From positions 355,696 through 419,695 of the forward strand of contig NW_020847344.1 of the NCBI RefSeq assembly GCF_003704095.1: a stretch of DNA of 64,000 nucleotides, given 5' to 3'. Shown one piece after another: positions 13,756-25,783 of this stretch (its first letter is position 1; the number at the start of each line of letters is the position of its first letter). The notes below the pieces were generated by a model that worked only from the letters and a program-made list of their open reading frames with translations, was not told the DNA's origin and searched no databases. The stretch comes from Pocillopora damicornis. Taxonomy: Eukaryota. Made by a program: the position numbers and the translations under genes.

Positions 13756-16096
13756 TTATATCCAGGCAATCTTTGCTGTACTTTTAGCGTCTCTAACTAC
13801 CTTCTTTAAATTCTCAGCATCACGCAAAGAAATATTCTTACAATGTGAAAGATTCAACTGAGAGAGACCTTTGCATGTTTTAACAAGCAATTCTGCTGAC
13901 TCTACTGATATTTTACTGCACATTGAAAGATTAACAGACCTCAAAAGTGATAAACCTGATGACTGTATAAACTGTAAAATGATTCCGTCACTCAGTTTTT
14001 CAATTCCAGATAAATCTAGCTCTTGTAATTCTGTTGACTTGGAGAAAATGGCTAAGAGATGTTCTGCGAGTGATTTGTGATGCGTAAAATTACAGCCATG
14101 GAGGTTAAGAATAGACAACTTTGGGCAAGCTTGTGTCAAGGTTATCCATTTGCTTTCCTCTGAAGTTGAAACACGTATGTAACTGCCAGTTACTTCAGTG
14201 CAGTCTGCCATATTTAGAGTTTGTAAGGACCTGCAGCAGACCCCAATGATCTCAGTATCCACTCTATCCATTCCAGAAATATCCAGCACAATCAACGAAT
14301 TTCCAGCTTTGACCAAGAATTGTGCAATATGGGGATGAAATTTCATTGCCTTGTTATCACCAATGTGCAGAACCTTCAGATGGGTTAGTGAAGCGATGAA
14401 CTCTAAAGACATTGCTGTGAGTGAAGTACAGCAGTTAAGTGATAGCTCACATAATAAGGGGCACCTCTTGCAGAGAACTTTCACGCATGTATCTATGATA
14501 AATGTGTACGACAAATCCAAAGAAATAAGTTTTAGGCTTGGAGCACTTATGTCAAATTCATCAACTGAGTTTGTCATTGCAAAAGACACCTTTTGTATTT
14601 CTTGTTGAGAGTTCAATAGTTTTTGTATTCCATAGCTGGTCACGCCAGTTGATGACAAGTTGACTTCTTTTAACCTCTGGCACTTTGGATTTTTATCATC
14701 TCCACACAAACCATCTATACCAGCATCTGTGAGAAGGGTGCATGACTCCACCCGCAATACTGTCAGCTCAGGACATGATGTTCCAAGTAAGTTTAACACT
14801 TCATCTGTACAAGCCAAACATCCACTGAGATCAATGGACTGAAGACGTGTTAAGTCTGAAGGAATCTCTTTCAATGCTTTTGCTGAGAGGCGTGAACAGT
14901 TCTTCAGACAGAGCTGTGTAATTTTCTGAAGAGAGACAATAAAATCTGTTGATAATTCTAGTCCTTAATTCAAAGAATCACTAATGAAAGTACCCTAAGA
15001 TGGCTTAGCACACCTTCCTAAGAGCATTGCCTCGACTTAACAGACAATTTCTTTTCAAAAAAGGAACGTTTTAGCTCAGTTTTCACAAAGGTATGTTGAA
15101 GAAATTTCCTGAAGTCCTAGATAATTTCAACTGTTTTCCTTTAAAACTAAGGCTTCATCCAGTTACTGTAAATGTGGAAAAGTAAGGTCAAAAACTGTGT
15201 TTGTGTATGACATCCATCCTGAATACTTCTATGATCAATAAGCATCAAGAGCATCATGTGCTTTATATTCTTTATAAAGAAGAATGAATCATTATGCTTA
15301 TAAACCTTTTAATAGAGGATCTAGGATTTATTGACCAGTAAAATTTTCTTTATGAAGCTGTTATATCCTAATAACAATCATCATGTTTTCTCTGATGACT
15401 AAACAATACAAACCTTACAACGAAATCCCACAGCAGAAATGATCTGATCATTGATGAGTGAGGAACAGACACTCAAATCCACATGCTTAACATTAGAGTG
15501 GAGAAGAATATGAAGGTGACACACTTTAATTTGCTTCTTTTGACTCAAAATATTCAAAAGTTCTTGAATAAGGCCAGAGTCTACAAAATAACAACAACAT
15601 ATCAAGTAAATGTTTGGATAACCAAAAATCTTCTTTTAAAGCTAGGGAAGGCTTCAGGCCCTCATTCATAAATATCACAGTTCAACAATTTATCATTTAT
15701 ATTCCAAGTTTCAAATCCAGCTAGTCTGACTCACTACTTAATTCATGCCATAAGAATCTAGGAAAAAGACACGAGAGATTCATGCAGTTACTCCACCTTC
15801 CTCGCCCCATTCCTCAAGAACCCCAGTTGACTCTCGACCACAAACAGAGTATGGCCCAAGTCATTACCGTGCATGTTACCTCAAAACAACTAAAATAATA
15901 ATTATTATAAGTGCTGGGTTACAAAACCGTTTAAAATAGTTCAAAGTACATGTACGCAGTTAAACTCACTCAAGCCATCAAACGGACCAAGAACATACTT
16001 GAACCGATTAAGATCTGCGATCGATGCGTTGCACCACAGGCTCATATCTTTCGCGATACTCTCGAGGCTAAATCTTTCTAAAGTTTGCATGCTCAT
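13756..16096 (-). CDS. F-box/LRR-repeat protein (FBXL/SKP2-like, cysteine-containing LRRs); proposed CDS complement(join(13756..14925,15414..15580,15970..16096))
   Basis: The last exon is an intact 390-codon frame with many CxxLTD-type LRR_cc repeats (…LDLSGCLACTDEVLNLLGTSCPELTVLRVESCTLLTD…LNLSHCKNISLRDAENL…). Its acceptor is ctcttcag|AAAATTACACAG at 14925. The middle exon (…SGLIQELLNILSQKKQIKVCHLHILLHSNVKHVDLSVCSSLINDQIISAVGFRCK) resembles the SKP2 post-F-box region (…GVIAFRCP), with donor aag|gtttgt. The putative first exon is MSMQTLERFSLESIAKDMSLWCNASIADLNRFKYVLGPFDGL, with donor ttga|gtgagt; the phases 1/1 and 2/… are consistent. A canonical F-box LPxE[IL]L motif is not clearly seen, so the 5' exon and start codon are tentative. 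Confidence 0.6.
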
Positions 16097-16379
16097 TCTT
16101 AACCTAATTTGAAAGATTTGGGATGTACAAAACGGTCACTGTCCGTTTGAAATTGATTAACTCTTCTCTTGCTTTAAGATTGCAAGAGGTGAAGTAATCT
16201 GTTGATCACTGCAACAATGCTCTATCCAGCGGTTATCGTCATTGAGAACATTTTATGTAAGTATCGTACACGTAGTGTTTCAAATGAATTAAATATGGTG
16301 GACGCGGAGCGATTTTGACGGTTTTAACTCAGCGCAGATTATTCGCTGTAATATACATAATATATCACCTTTGTACGGC
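16097..16379. promoter_or_regulatory. Putative bidirectional promoter shared by the FBXL-like gene (minus) and DCLRE1A (plus); start codons ~283 bp apart
   Basis: The two start codons at 16096 (minus) and 16380 (plus) are in head-to-head orientation. The region contains a YY1-like AAATATGGTGG and the GC-rich GGACGCGGAGCG. I saw no TATA box. Confidence 0.5.
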
Positions 16380-18706
16380 ATGGATGGAGAGGTGGAGGAG
16401 GGTGATATCTGGGATGAAAAATCCTTAAAGCAGCTTGAAAGAAAGCGTGGACAGTCGGTACGCAGAAATGAAAAACCAACGAATTTACCGCGCAAAAGCC
16501 CAAAATCAAAGCGCACTGCCAGTAATTTAACCAAACCTCAACGACGGTGTCGTTTACAAGTCTCACAGAAAACAAAGACGGATAATTCTCAGACAATCAT
16601 AAAGAACAGTGTGGGGAAACTAAAACGCAAGAGAGAAGATTCCTCCAGTAGTTGCAAGGAATTGAATGATGAGGACTCAACCTTCAGTCATCAATTATCT
16701 GGAAGCCAAGTTGACTCAGCTGTGGTTGACAACAAGATCACACCTCAAAAGAGCATCGTAGATGGGTACTGCCCTAGATGCCAGATGCCTTTCGTTGCAT
16801 TGGTTGGAGAATCTCCTGGGTGGCACGTCAGTGATTGTTTGGGAAGGAAATATTCTTTCATAGGTAATTAAAGCGTACTTAGCTTAGTAGATTTAGTTAG
16901 AACAATGTCATTAATATTTCATTTTCTGTAAGTCAGCCCAGCCAGAAGTATGTGTAAATTTACTTGTTAACTTTGCTCTATGCAGAACCTCAGGACATAC
17001 GTGGATTTGCATCAGGTAAAATTTCCTTGTGGGACCATTTGACTGCAAGGATAGGAAAACTTATTCACTGATTCAGATAAACAAATCCGATTCGTAAACA
17101 ACTGAATCAATACAAAACAGAGCCTTTCTTTTTTGTTAGGTGATTGTCCTGAAGGTGTCCACTGCAGATCAACATTTTCTCCTCATTATGAAAGATACTC
17201 TCACAAGCTTTTGGCTTCTGTCAGGAGTTATGGTCACATATACAGAGGAGATGAAGGAGAAAGTAATGGAAACATAGATAATCTGATGCACAAACAAGTA
17301 AGAGTTTGACATACTGTAAAGACCTTTTAACTCTAAATCATTTCTTTTCCTGTGGCATAAACTTAGTAAGGAATCTGAAATAATTTTGGTAAGTTTAAAA
17401 CCATATCTAAGGCATGAAAACTCTTACTATCAGACTTTCTCATGAATTGGTGTGGACACTAATTGGAACTAACTTTTATTCTTTCCTTAACAAAAGCATG
17501 AAAGAGCAATCAAGTCTTCAAGACAATTGAACTTTTCAGAAAAACCATTTTTGTCTGAATCACTCCATAAAGATGAAGATGAGTGTGAATCTTCTGGGAG
17601 CCCTGGTGCTACAGTAGGTTTGCCTTATGGTAGAGCAAATGGAGCAATAGAAGCAGTACAATTAGATGAAAATAAAACATCAAAGGAATTACCATGCAAT
17701 ATTCATAGTTCACCACAACATTCAAACCTTGGAGAATCTAGCAAATCTCATTCTTTGCCTCTACAAAGTGAGGCTTCAATGACCAAAGTCGAGACAGGAG
17801 ATTTTCAAATGTCCTCTGATGATGATCTGTTTGGAGATCTTGAAGTCTTGGAAAATTTGTGTGAAAGTTCTTATGCAGCAGATCAGTTAACAAAAGACCA
17901 ACAGAGTAATCACAGTCTTGAATGTTTTGATGTGTATGATAAGCCCAAGCAGTGTTTTATCCAACCTGTTGCTTCAGTTGTGGAGAAAAAGAGTAAAACA
18001 AGTGAACATACAAATGAGGCTGAGGTAAATTTTACACCAAGTCCACATCCTTTGGATGTAAAGAAAATTAATGTCGAAGAAGATAATCTGGGTGAGCACT
18101 CAAGTATAGGCCAGAAACAACAGTCAATTTTGGCATTTGTCAGAAAAGGGAAGGAAGCCTCTAAATCAAAGACATCTCTGAAACAAACTGATATAGGAGT
18201 GTTCTTTGGTTTGAAACCACTGAAGAAGCCAGCAAAAAATATAACAACTTCTCAGAATGGTGCCAGAATAACAAACTCTTCACAATCACAGTCTGCATCC
18301 CAAAGACAGGGTCACTGGGCAACAAGAAAAACATTCAACAATGATCGTAAAAACACAGAATTTACAACTGAAGGTCAAAGTTCAAGTCAAAGTGAAGGTC
18401 TAGCTGGTAGTAATAGAACCCAGACTCAACGCAGTTGTCCATTCTACAAGAAGATCCCTAACAGTGCCTTTACTGTTGATGCTTTTCGCTATGGCAACAT
18501 TCCTGGCTGTCATGCTTATTTTTTGAGCCATTTTCATTATGATCACTATATGGGACTGAATGGGAAATTCAAAAATCCAATCTATTGTAGCAAGGTAATA
18601 GACTGTAGGGTTTATTAATATTTGATGTGGGAGGGCACCCTAATCCTGAGGTTACTCGATCAGAAATGATAACTTCTTGATGTTCAAAAGAAATATAAAG
18701 GGGTTA

Positions 18707-18741
<35 letters not shown>

Positions 18742-21505
18742 AGAGTATATCCTTAATAATAGTAAGGATAATATTATAGTTGGGTTCTGTTTTTATGTAT
18801 CTCATGCATGGTGATCAGATTTGTGAAAGAATTTGGAAAGCTGGTTTATTAACTTAGAACAGACTCCTTTTTGACAGATGTAAACAATTACCTGCACCTT
18901 ATAAACCTCTTATTTAGAACATCAACACAACTTTGCTGATAGTTTGAAACTGACTGACACTGTTTGGCTCTGACAACCAGATGAACAACGGCAGAACTGA
19001 CCAATCGGTTTTCACATACCAAACCTCCAAAGCCTTAACTGACAAACAACTCTTCACTTGATTCTAGAAAAGACATATGCTCATATTTTTGAACTGTCAA
19101 TAAAAAATTTCTCTCAGAATTGGTCTCACTCAGACAATTAGAGAAGACAAGCATAATTGGGTAATATAACTCCACTATGGTATATTATTTGATAAAAACA
19201 GTCAGTAATTGATTGAAGAATTAGTGCTCACTTATAATTTTTTTGTTAAGATCACTGCAAATCTGGTGATATCCAAGCTGTGTGTTAAAAAAGAGTTTGT
19301 CCATCCACTTCCCATGAATGCACCAACCATTGTGGAAAATGTTCAAGTTACACTTCTGGAGGCAAACCAGTAGGGACTACTAAGTTTGTTACTTATCACT
19401 TTAAAATTAATAAGATTACTTTAAGTGAAATATGTTTAGTAATTAAAATAATGACTCATAATGACTTAGATAGAAGGATAAAATCTGTTTTGAGTGGCAT
19501 TCTCAGCAAAACATGGCCTATATTTTTCATTGAACTTTTTTTTTTTCAGTTGCCCTGGAGCTGTATTGTTTGTGTTCCAGTTCTCTTCTGGCCAGACTTA
19601 CTTACACACAGGTTTAGCTTCATTTTGGTTGATATTTAATTAAGATACTTTTGCCACATGTGATATGTAAGTATTCAAAAATGCAATTGCTCTCATGACA
19701 TAACCAACCAATTGATGAACAATGTCATGTCTTGAATGTGACCCTGAACAGTCCATGACATCCCAGCTAAAGAATGTCAGTTTACAATCAAAGTATCACT
19801 TTCTACATCCCTTGTGACAACATTACCTGCGGAAGTTTCCTCAAGTACATTTTAAAGTATTACTTAATTTATTTTTAAGGTGACTTTCGAGCTTCTCCTG
19901 AAATGGAAAGGTATCCAGAGTTACATTGTAAGATTGATGTCCTGTACCTTGACACCACGTAAGTACATCTACACTGACATGTTTTTTCAATCTGTTATGT
20001 AATTACTGAATAATCTTCAGTATTTACAACTTGTTTTTTTAAAAACATTTCAGGTACTGTGATCCAAATTACTCCTTTCCTCCTCAAGAGGAAACCATCA
20101 ACTTTGCTGTTTCAAAAGCTGTGCAAGCATGCAAACAAAACCCAAAGACACTGATAGTTTGTGGCTCATATACAATTGGGAAAGAACGTGTCTTTCTTGG
20201 TGAGGACTTTTAAAATCTCAGTTTAATATATTTTTGTGAGATGGTATAGAGGAGAGAATTCTTAATTCAGACACAGGAGACTGCGATTCTACAATTTCAG
20301 CAGATATGAAGGCTTTGTGTGATAGTCACTTTTTAATAAGATCGAATTCAATTTTGTTGCTTAACTATCATAGGCACCAATAATTAAATGGGAACTGTTT
20401 GTTGATATTGTTTTGTGTTTATGTTAAGCCATTGCAGAAGCACTTGGATGTAAAGTTTGTGTAGAAAAACAAAAGAAAAAGGTTCTGGACTGTCTTGAAT
20501 CCAATCAAATAAATTCTCTGATCACTACTGACTGGAAGGTGGGAAGAATTCATGTGTTGCCAATGGCAAAGCTAACGCTGCAGGTAAAAGATGAATTTTT
20601 AGTGCTGAAATTGTATTTTTCACTTTCATGGCTAAGATAAAGCAACTTGAAATTTATTATTATGGTGGAAAACAGAACATGTATTCAGTTAACCCTTTAA
20701 CTCCCATGACTGATGAAGACTGAATTTCTCCTTACAATATCAATAAAATATCAAGTACACTAGTTATGAGGGTAAAGAAAAGTATTAATCAGGGGATTAT
20801 TAGTTGATCCAATACCCAATTTTCAGAGCTGATATTATAAGAATTGTGTCACAGACAGTAAGGAGAATTTGATGTTATGAGTGAAACAAATTCTGAACTC
20901 CAGATATTTTTTTAGATGTCTCTGCTGTGGTTTTATCAGTTGCAAAGTATTCAAATTAAAATAAGATACATATAGAAAGATGTTTAAGATGGAATATAAT
21001 TTAAAAGCATATTTTCATCATCAATTTTATTTATTGATAGAATCTAACAACATATTTGGGGGCTCATAAGTCACAGTATGCTGAACTCCTGGCATTTAAA
21101 CCCACTGGGTGGGAATACAGTGAAAAGCGAGAGGACTTGTTGATGATTAAACCTTCCAAGAGAGGAAATGTGACAATATATGGTAAGTACAGTGATATGC
21201 TGGATTTAACTTACTCAGCCCATCTTTTTTTTTTCCACCCAACTTCACTCCTCTCCTAAAGTCAGTTTTTTTCATTACTGACAATGATGTAGTTCCTAGG
21301 GTTTGTTATATTGTTGTTTTCTTCGTCTTTATGCTTAGGTGTTCCTTATAGTGAGCATAGCAGCTTCAGGGAACTGGAGAGATTTGTTAAGTTTCTTCAG
21401 CCAAAGAAGATCATTCCTACTGTTAATGTCCATTCCGCAGAAAAAAGGGCTCAGATGCAGGCCATCTTCAACAGCTGGTTATTGAAGGATTCCTTAAAGT
21501 TTTGA
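16380..21505 (+). CDS. DCLRE1A: DNA cross-link repair 1A protein (SNM1A/PSO2 family; metallo-beta-lactamase + beta-CASP nuclease); CDS join(16380..16863,17140..17297,17497..18594,19251..19369,19550..19611,19880..19958,20054..20199,20429..20583,21041..21182,21339..21505), ~869 aa
   Basis: Hand translation shows the MBL signature …[54 protein letters not shown]. After a GT-AG intron it continues …VHPLPMN…[68 protein letters not shown]…[40 protein letters not shown]…[21 protein letters not shown]…[16 protein letters not shown]…[45 protein letters not shown]…*. This matches SNM1A (HxHxDH, beta-CASP motifs, C-terminal IIPTVNV). All ten exons have GT donors and AG acceptors with consistent phases, and the total length is 2610 nt. 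The N-terminal exons carry UBZ-type zinc fingers ([23 protein letters not shown]; [20 protein letters not shown]). The start at ATG 16380 is the first ATG of the ORF, reached after a TTG the track labels 'M'. Confidence 0.85.
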
Positions 21506-23169
21506 GCAATGTTAAGTCTTAATTTAATGGCAGGTTGTCAAAGAACATGCCAAAAGAGACAAATAATATTTGATGATCGTCTATGAAGCCTACAAAATGT
21601 TAAGTATTTTGTAATTCCCATGAAATGAAAAATTGTACAGTAGTATTTTTCTATAACCATTATTTATGGGTATTTTGTTGCATCAATCTTGAGAATTGTT
21701 TACAGTAAGTACTCAAGATGTAATTCAAATATAGGTACAGCACATATGGATAAGCATCATTTTTCTGTATTTAAAGCTACATGTAGCTGCTTTTATGTTA
21801 ATAAGTTTAAGCTCTCAGTTGATTTTCTGATGCTTCATTATTTTAAATACACTCAGATAGCCTTATTTGAACTGATGAATGGAGGAACTCTTATTTATCC
21901 ACAGAAGTGAAATATATATATATTCTTATTGTACTTATACTTACATGTACTTATTTATACATCACTGACATAAAATCATACTTGACTGTAAATCACTCTG
22001 ATTTTCTCACAATTTAGACTAGAAGGACAGTGTCAGTAATGATTCTAGTTGGCTTATCCTCAGATCACAACTAATTTCATACTAGACTAGAGTATCTGAA
22101 CTTTTTAAGAGATTAGCCAATAACCTGCTGATCTGCAGGAACATGCAAACTTTGCTTGTGGAGTGATTTAGCATTTGGAAGTTGATTTTGTGTTCAGCTG
22201 TGTGGAAAATAAACAATTTTGTTGGTAAAAGCAAAATTATAAAGGTTGTGTGAGTTTCTCAGACCCTTAGAGCATGTACAACCTAGGACCAAAAGTAAGG
22301 ACTGTATTGTAAAATCATATTTGTTTCTTGCAAAGTTACTGGTTCTTCATTTTCTATATGGTTCACAAACATCTCTACTAAAAATTACTTTTCATCTGCA
22401 AGACCATGTAGTCTTCAAATTAAAATTAAAAAAATTAAGTGACAATCAAAGTGTAAATTGAATTCTGAGTCAGTTTTTTACCTTACATATTTCATTAAAT
22501 ATTACCATTGTACTCTGTTTTTGGAATTTCAGCTTACTTCTAATTATTTAATAGAGAAAAAATGGTCTTAGACTAGAATATAAAAAGTACAGATTGAATG
22601 ATAGTATGGAAATAGTTTATTCACACCCTGTGGAAGCCAGCAATATTTTTATAGAATTGATATTATTAGAAGTTCAAGTACTTTCATACATGTTGGAAAC
22701 AATGCACTTTGAACTTGGCATTGAAAAGTATTGAACTTTTAAATGAGCCAGTAAGTCTGATACAAAGGTTTTAAACAAGGCAGAGGCAAGCTCTCCTATG
22801 AACACCTATGAACTTCGAGAAGCTTTGGGCATAGAAAAGTTTATTGCCTTGTCAAATTCTTATCAAAATCATTAATTACTGACTGTCACTTGAAGCAATT
22901 TTGTTTCATTCTTGCTGGCCAGTTTTCATTTACCAAGTGGACTGAAAGGGGTTTTTATTGCAGCTGATATTTTTAGCAATTTATATTTCAGACCAGTGGC
23001 TTGTTTTTTATATGAATCCTGAGATACATTTATGTGTGTCCAGCTTGTTATTCATTCCAGGAAATGAAGATTTTTCATCCTTTGGCATTAACTGCTTTCT
23101 GTTGTGACATTGCTTTCTCATCTGCATCATGTGCTCTAAAGTCAGAAACAATACAATGTGTCAATACGT

Positions 23170-23350
23170 TTGGGGAGGCAGGGTGGCTAAGTGGTTGGGG
23201 CACTATTCTTGTAATCAAGTGGTCCTTGGTTCAAGCCCTCTATCCTGTCTTTCACTGGATTTGTTCTTGGTTGCCTCAAGTTCAACTCCTTTGCTGCACT
23301 TTGTATATAGCCAACTGGACTGCCTCCTACCAATTGGGAATCTTGAACAT
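23170..23350 (+). repeat. tRNA-derived SINE-like element (A-box TGGCTAAGTGGTTGG, B-box GGTTCAAGCCC), copy 1
   Basis: This is a tRNA-like head without a pairable acceptor stem, followed by a unique body. It is similar to the copies at 23888-24000 and 32556-32690. It lies in the DCLRE1A/CCNJ 3' intergenic region. Confidence 0.5.
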
Positions 23351-23574
23351 TTTGTTTATGTTTGTTTACAATGTTTATTTACAATTTGTTTGAATTAATT
23401 ATTTCATGAAGACATTAGCTACTTAGCTACCTTGTTAATTCAAGATGAATTAAATTCTTTTTTTTCTTTTACTAAGATACAAAATCAGATTGCTCTTTCC
23501 TTTCACCAAGCTAAAGGATTGAAGTACCACCTTTAAATTGTAATAGATATTGCCATTCTTTGTTAATCTGAAGT

Positions 23575-25783
23575 CTATGTCTTCCAGTACCTTAACATAA
23601 TATGCACACAGGGTGCGATCTGCTCCCATGTGTAGGATGTAACCTTGATCAGTAGGGGTGTCCAGGATGGGCAGAGGTGAAGCCTCAGTCGTGATGCAGC
23701 TACCGCTGCTGATGTTATCACCGAGGGAGGAAATGCCAGGAATGAATGATCTAAAATGGAGAACAGATAAATAGTTAGGCAAATAATAGCAGAGCTCACA
23801 AAGCATAGCCCCATAATTATACAAAATAGTAGTAACCCATCAAGCTGAAAAAATTTGGTTGTATGACTGTACCATGGGCACGCCAATGCCACGGCTTTGT
23901 TCAGTAGTCCAGTGGTCAGTGCACTGGGCTCCGAGCAACCTGGGTTCTAGTCCTGGACAGGACAAGTTGTGTGGGGAAAAAAAATTGTGAGCTCCGCTTT
24001 TAGGCTTGGCTAAATCTATATATTAGTAATACTTCCTTACTGTACCTCACTGGAAAATCCCCTCCACTGTCATGATATACAAATGTAGCCATATGAGAGG
24101 GACCTAAACCCATGGAAGGACACTTTATTTGCTTGTTTGTTTTTGTTCCATTTTGAAATGGTTTAATGTTTGGGTGAAGTGTTATGATAAGCTCACATTT
24201 TGTCAACCAGGAAGTTCTAAATATGCCAAATTTTGAACTTGTGGGACCAAGGGATGTGAGATGCATTAAGTGTGAAGACAACCTTTAACTCCTTGCATCC
24301 TAACATCAGTACCCACATTCTCCTTACTCTTCTCTTTAAATTTCATCTGGATCTAACAAGGAAAATTTGTTTATTAATCCAAGCTTCTTAGGTTGGTGAC
24401 CATTTCCTCTGTTATCATGATTGTAATCAATGATTCAGCAGTATTGCTGTAGGGAGAAACTTTATGCTGGTCACTCAAAAGGTTTAAAGGGTTGAGGGTT
24501 AGTCCAAATTTTTTTTTAAATTATATCTTACCCTGCAAAGCAATTTCCAGGAAATAATGCACATATTTCCTGGTATAAGCCATTGGCTTGGTGTTATCCT
24601 CAAGACTTCTTCCACCAGACTGACAGTCTGTTGCTGAAATTGCATGAATCAAGTAGTATTCCATGAAGTGTACAGGTGTAGGTAAATCTAAGTTCCATGA
24701 GAAAAAATTCAGCAGCAGGAGTTCCATCTGATGAAATTCTGGTGCACTGAACAGGTTATGAACGTAGGCATTCAGTGTTGATATGGTTGGTATCTTGTCC
24801 TCATTTTCTTCAAACTTTGCTGTTAAAAAATAAAAAAGAACGCATGGTCAACACTTTAAAATACATCATTTTCCGGGTAGAAAGCACTAGAAAACACCTC
24901 CACCAAAGTTAAATTAAGAGTTTTGTTGGAATTTTCTAAATTCGTTTGGCTAAAATGGTCGAAGTGTTAAATCTTATCTACTTCTTACAGCAACTTAATG
25001 TCATTTTATAAAAAAGCGATTATCAGTTTGCCTATAAAATCTCTGCCAACGAGAAAAAGAATAGATGCCTAAAAACATTTTGTAATTCGGAGAAAAATTC
25101 CCCCAAGGGGAAAAACGAATACCTTATTGAACAATGTTAATTAGGTCGAAAGGCGCGCTTTGTTCGAAGGTTCAGAGGGTTCCGTTCTTAAGATCTTCAC
25201 AAAAGTTGGTTTACAGGGCATCAAAATGATTAATTAAATCTATGACTATATGACTCAAAGTTTTTCTTTTCTTATTGTGATCTATGAAGCAACAAAACAA
25301 TTTCTCTCAGTAAGGTACGTAAGCTCAATTTTTTTTGGAAATAACGATCAACTTTATTTTTTTTAACAAACTTGGATATATCTACTTATTATAGCATCAC
25401 AAAACGAAATATAACAATTTACTTCCGATAACCGTTTCTTCTAAATGCTAGAAAGGAGTGCTGGAGTCTTACCTTAAGCAGGCACCTGGAGCATAACACT
25501 TACCTGCCAGCAGCAAACATGATAACGCAACAAGATAAAGTTTGCGTTCATCTATGTCAAATTTATCCATAAAGAGGTCCATATAATACACAGCTAAATG
25601 AAGCACACCATGAGAACTTTTAATCCTCTCGGAGAATACAGCAAGCCAATCTACAAGAAAACGCCTGAGTTTTAACTGAGGTGAAGATGAAGTAAAAGGT
25701 GGCAATCTGGTTTCTTTCTCACGGAGAACGTCGTGTATTTCCAGAGCGAGCTGCGATTTCCACCATTCGTTTTCCACCATCAT
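23575..25783 (-). CDS. CCNJ: Cyclin J (cyclin-box protein); CDS complement(join(23575..23750,24532..24819,25504..25783)), 3' end uncertain
   Basis: Exon 1 is MMVENEWWKSQLALEIHDVLREKETRLPPFTSSSPQLKLRRFLVDWLAVFSE…LHLAVYYMDLFMDKFDIDERKLYLVALSCLLLA, with donor cag|gtaagt. Exon 2 is AKFEENEDKIPTISTLNAYVHNLFSAPEFHQMELLLLNFFSWNLDLPTPVHFMEYYLIHAISATDCQSGGRSLEDNTKPMAYTRKYVHYFLEIALQ, with acceptor ttttaacag|. Exon 3 is DHSFLAFPPSVITSAAVAASRLRLHLCPSWTPLLIKVTSYTWEQIAPCVHIML(RYWKT*). These align in order with human cyclin J ([22 protein letters not shown]…SPQLSLRRYFADLIA…HLAVYLLDLFMDRYDI…LVALSCLLLASKFEEKED…[34 protein letters not shown]…[37 protein letters not shown]…). The phases are 1/1 across both introns. 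An alternative donor aag|gtactg at ~23591 may splice to further 3' exons that I could not place. Confidence 0.75.
23888..24000 (+). repeat. tRNA-derived SINE-like element, copy 2 (…CAGTGGTCAGTGCACTGGGCTCCGAGCAACCTGGGTTCTAGTCCTGGACAGG…, A-rich tail)
   Basis: A- and B-box-like motifs are followed by an oligo-A stretch (gggaaaaaaaa). Confidence 0.45.

Noticed and set aside
13871-14842. Several 60-85-aa plus-strand ORFs inside the FBXL LRR exon
   Set aside because: They are antisense to the LRR-coding exon, which has clear LRR_cc homology on the minus strand.
16289-16596. Minus-strand ORFs (81 aa, 85 aa) overlapping DCLRE1A exon 1
   Set aside because: They are antisense to a well-supported coding exon. 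The compositional bias of the lysine/arginine-rich sense strand produces open antisense frames.
23034-23398. Two overlapping plus-strand ORFs (119 aa, 89 aa)
   Set aside because: They lie within the tRNA-derived SINE copy and its flank. The tRNA-like segment does not form a valid acceptor stem, so it is neither a tRNA gene nor a protein gene.
23450-23824. 124-aa minus-strand ORF overlapping the CCNJ 3' exon in another frame
   Set aside because: The cyclin J frame is supported by collinear homology (DHSFLAFPPSVITSAAVAASRL…). This ORF is an alternate frame, though part of it could belong to an unplaced downstream CCNJ exon if the alternative donor at ~23591 is used.
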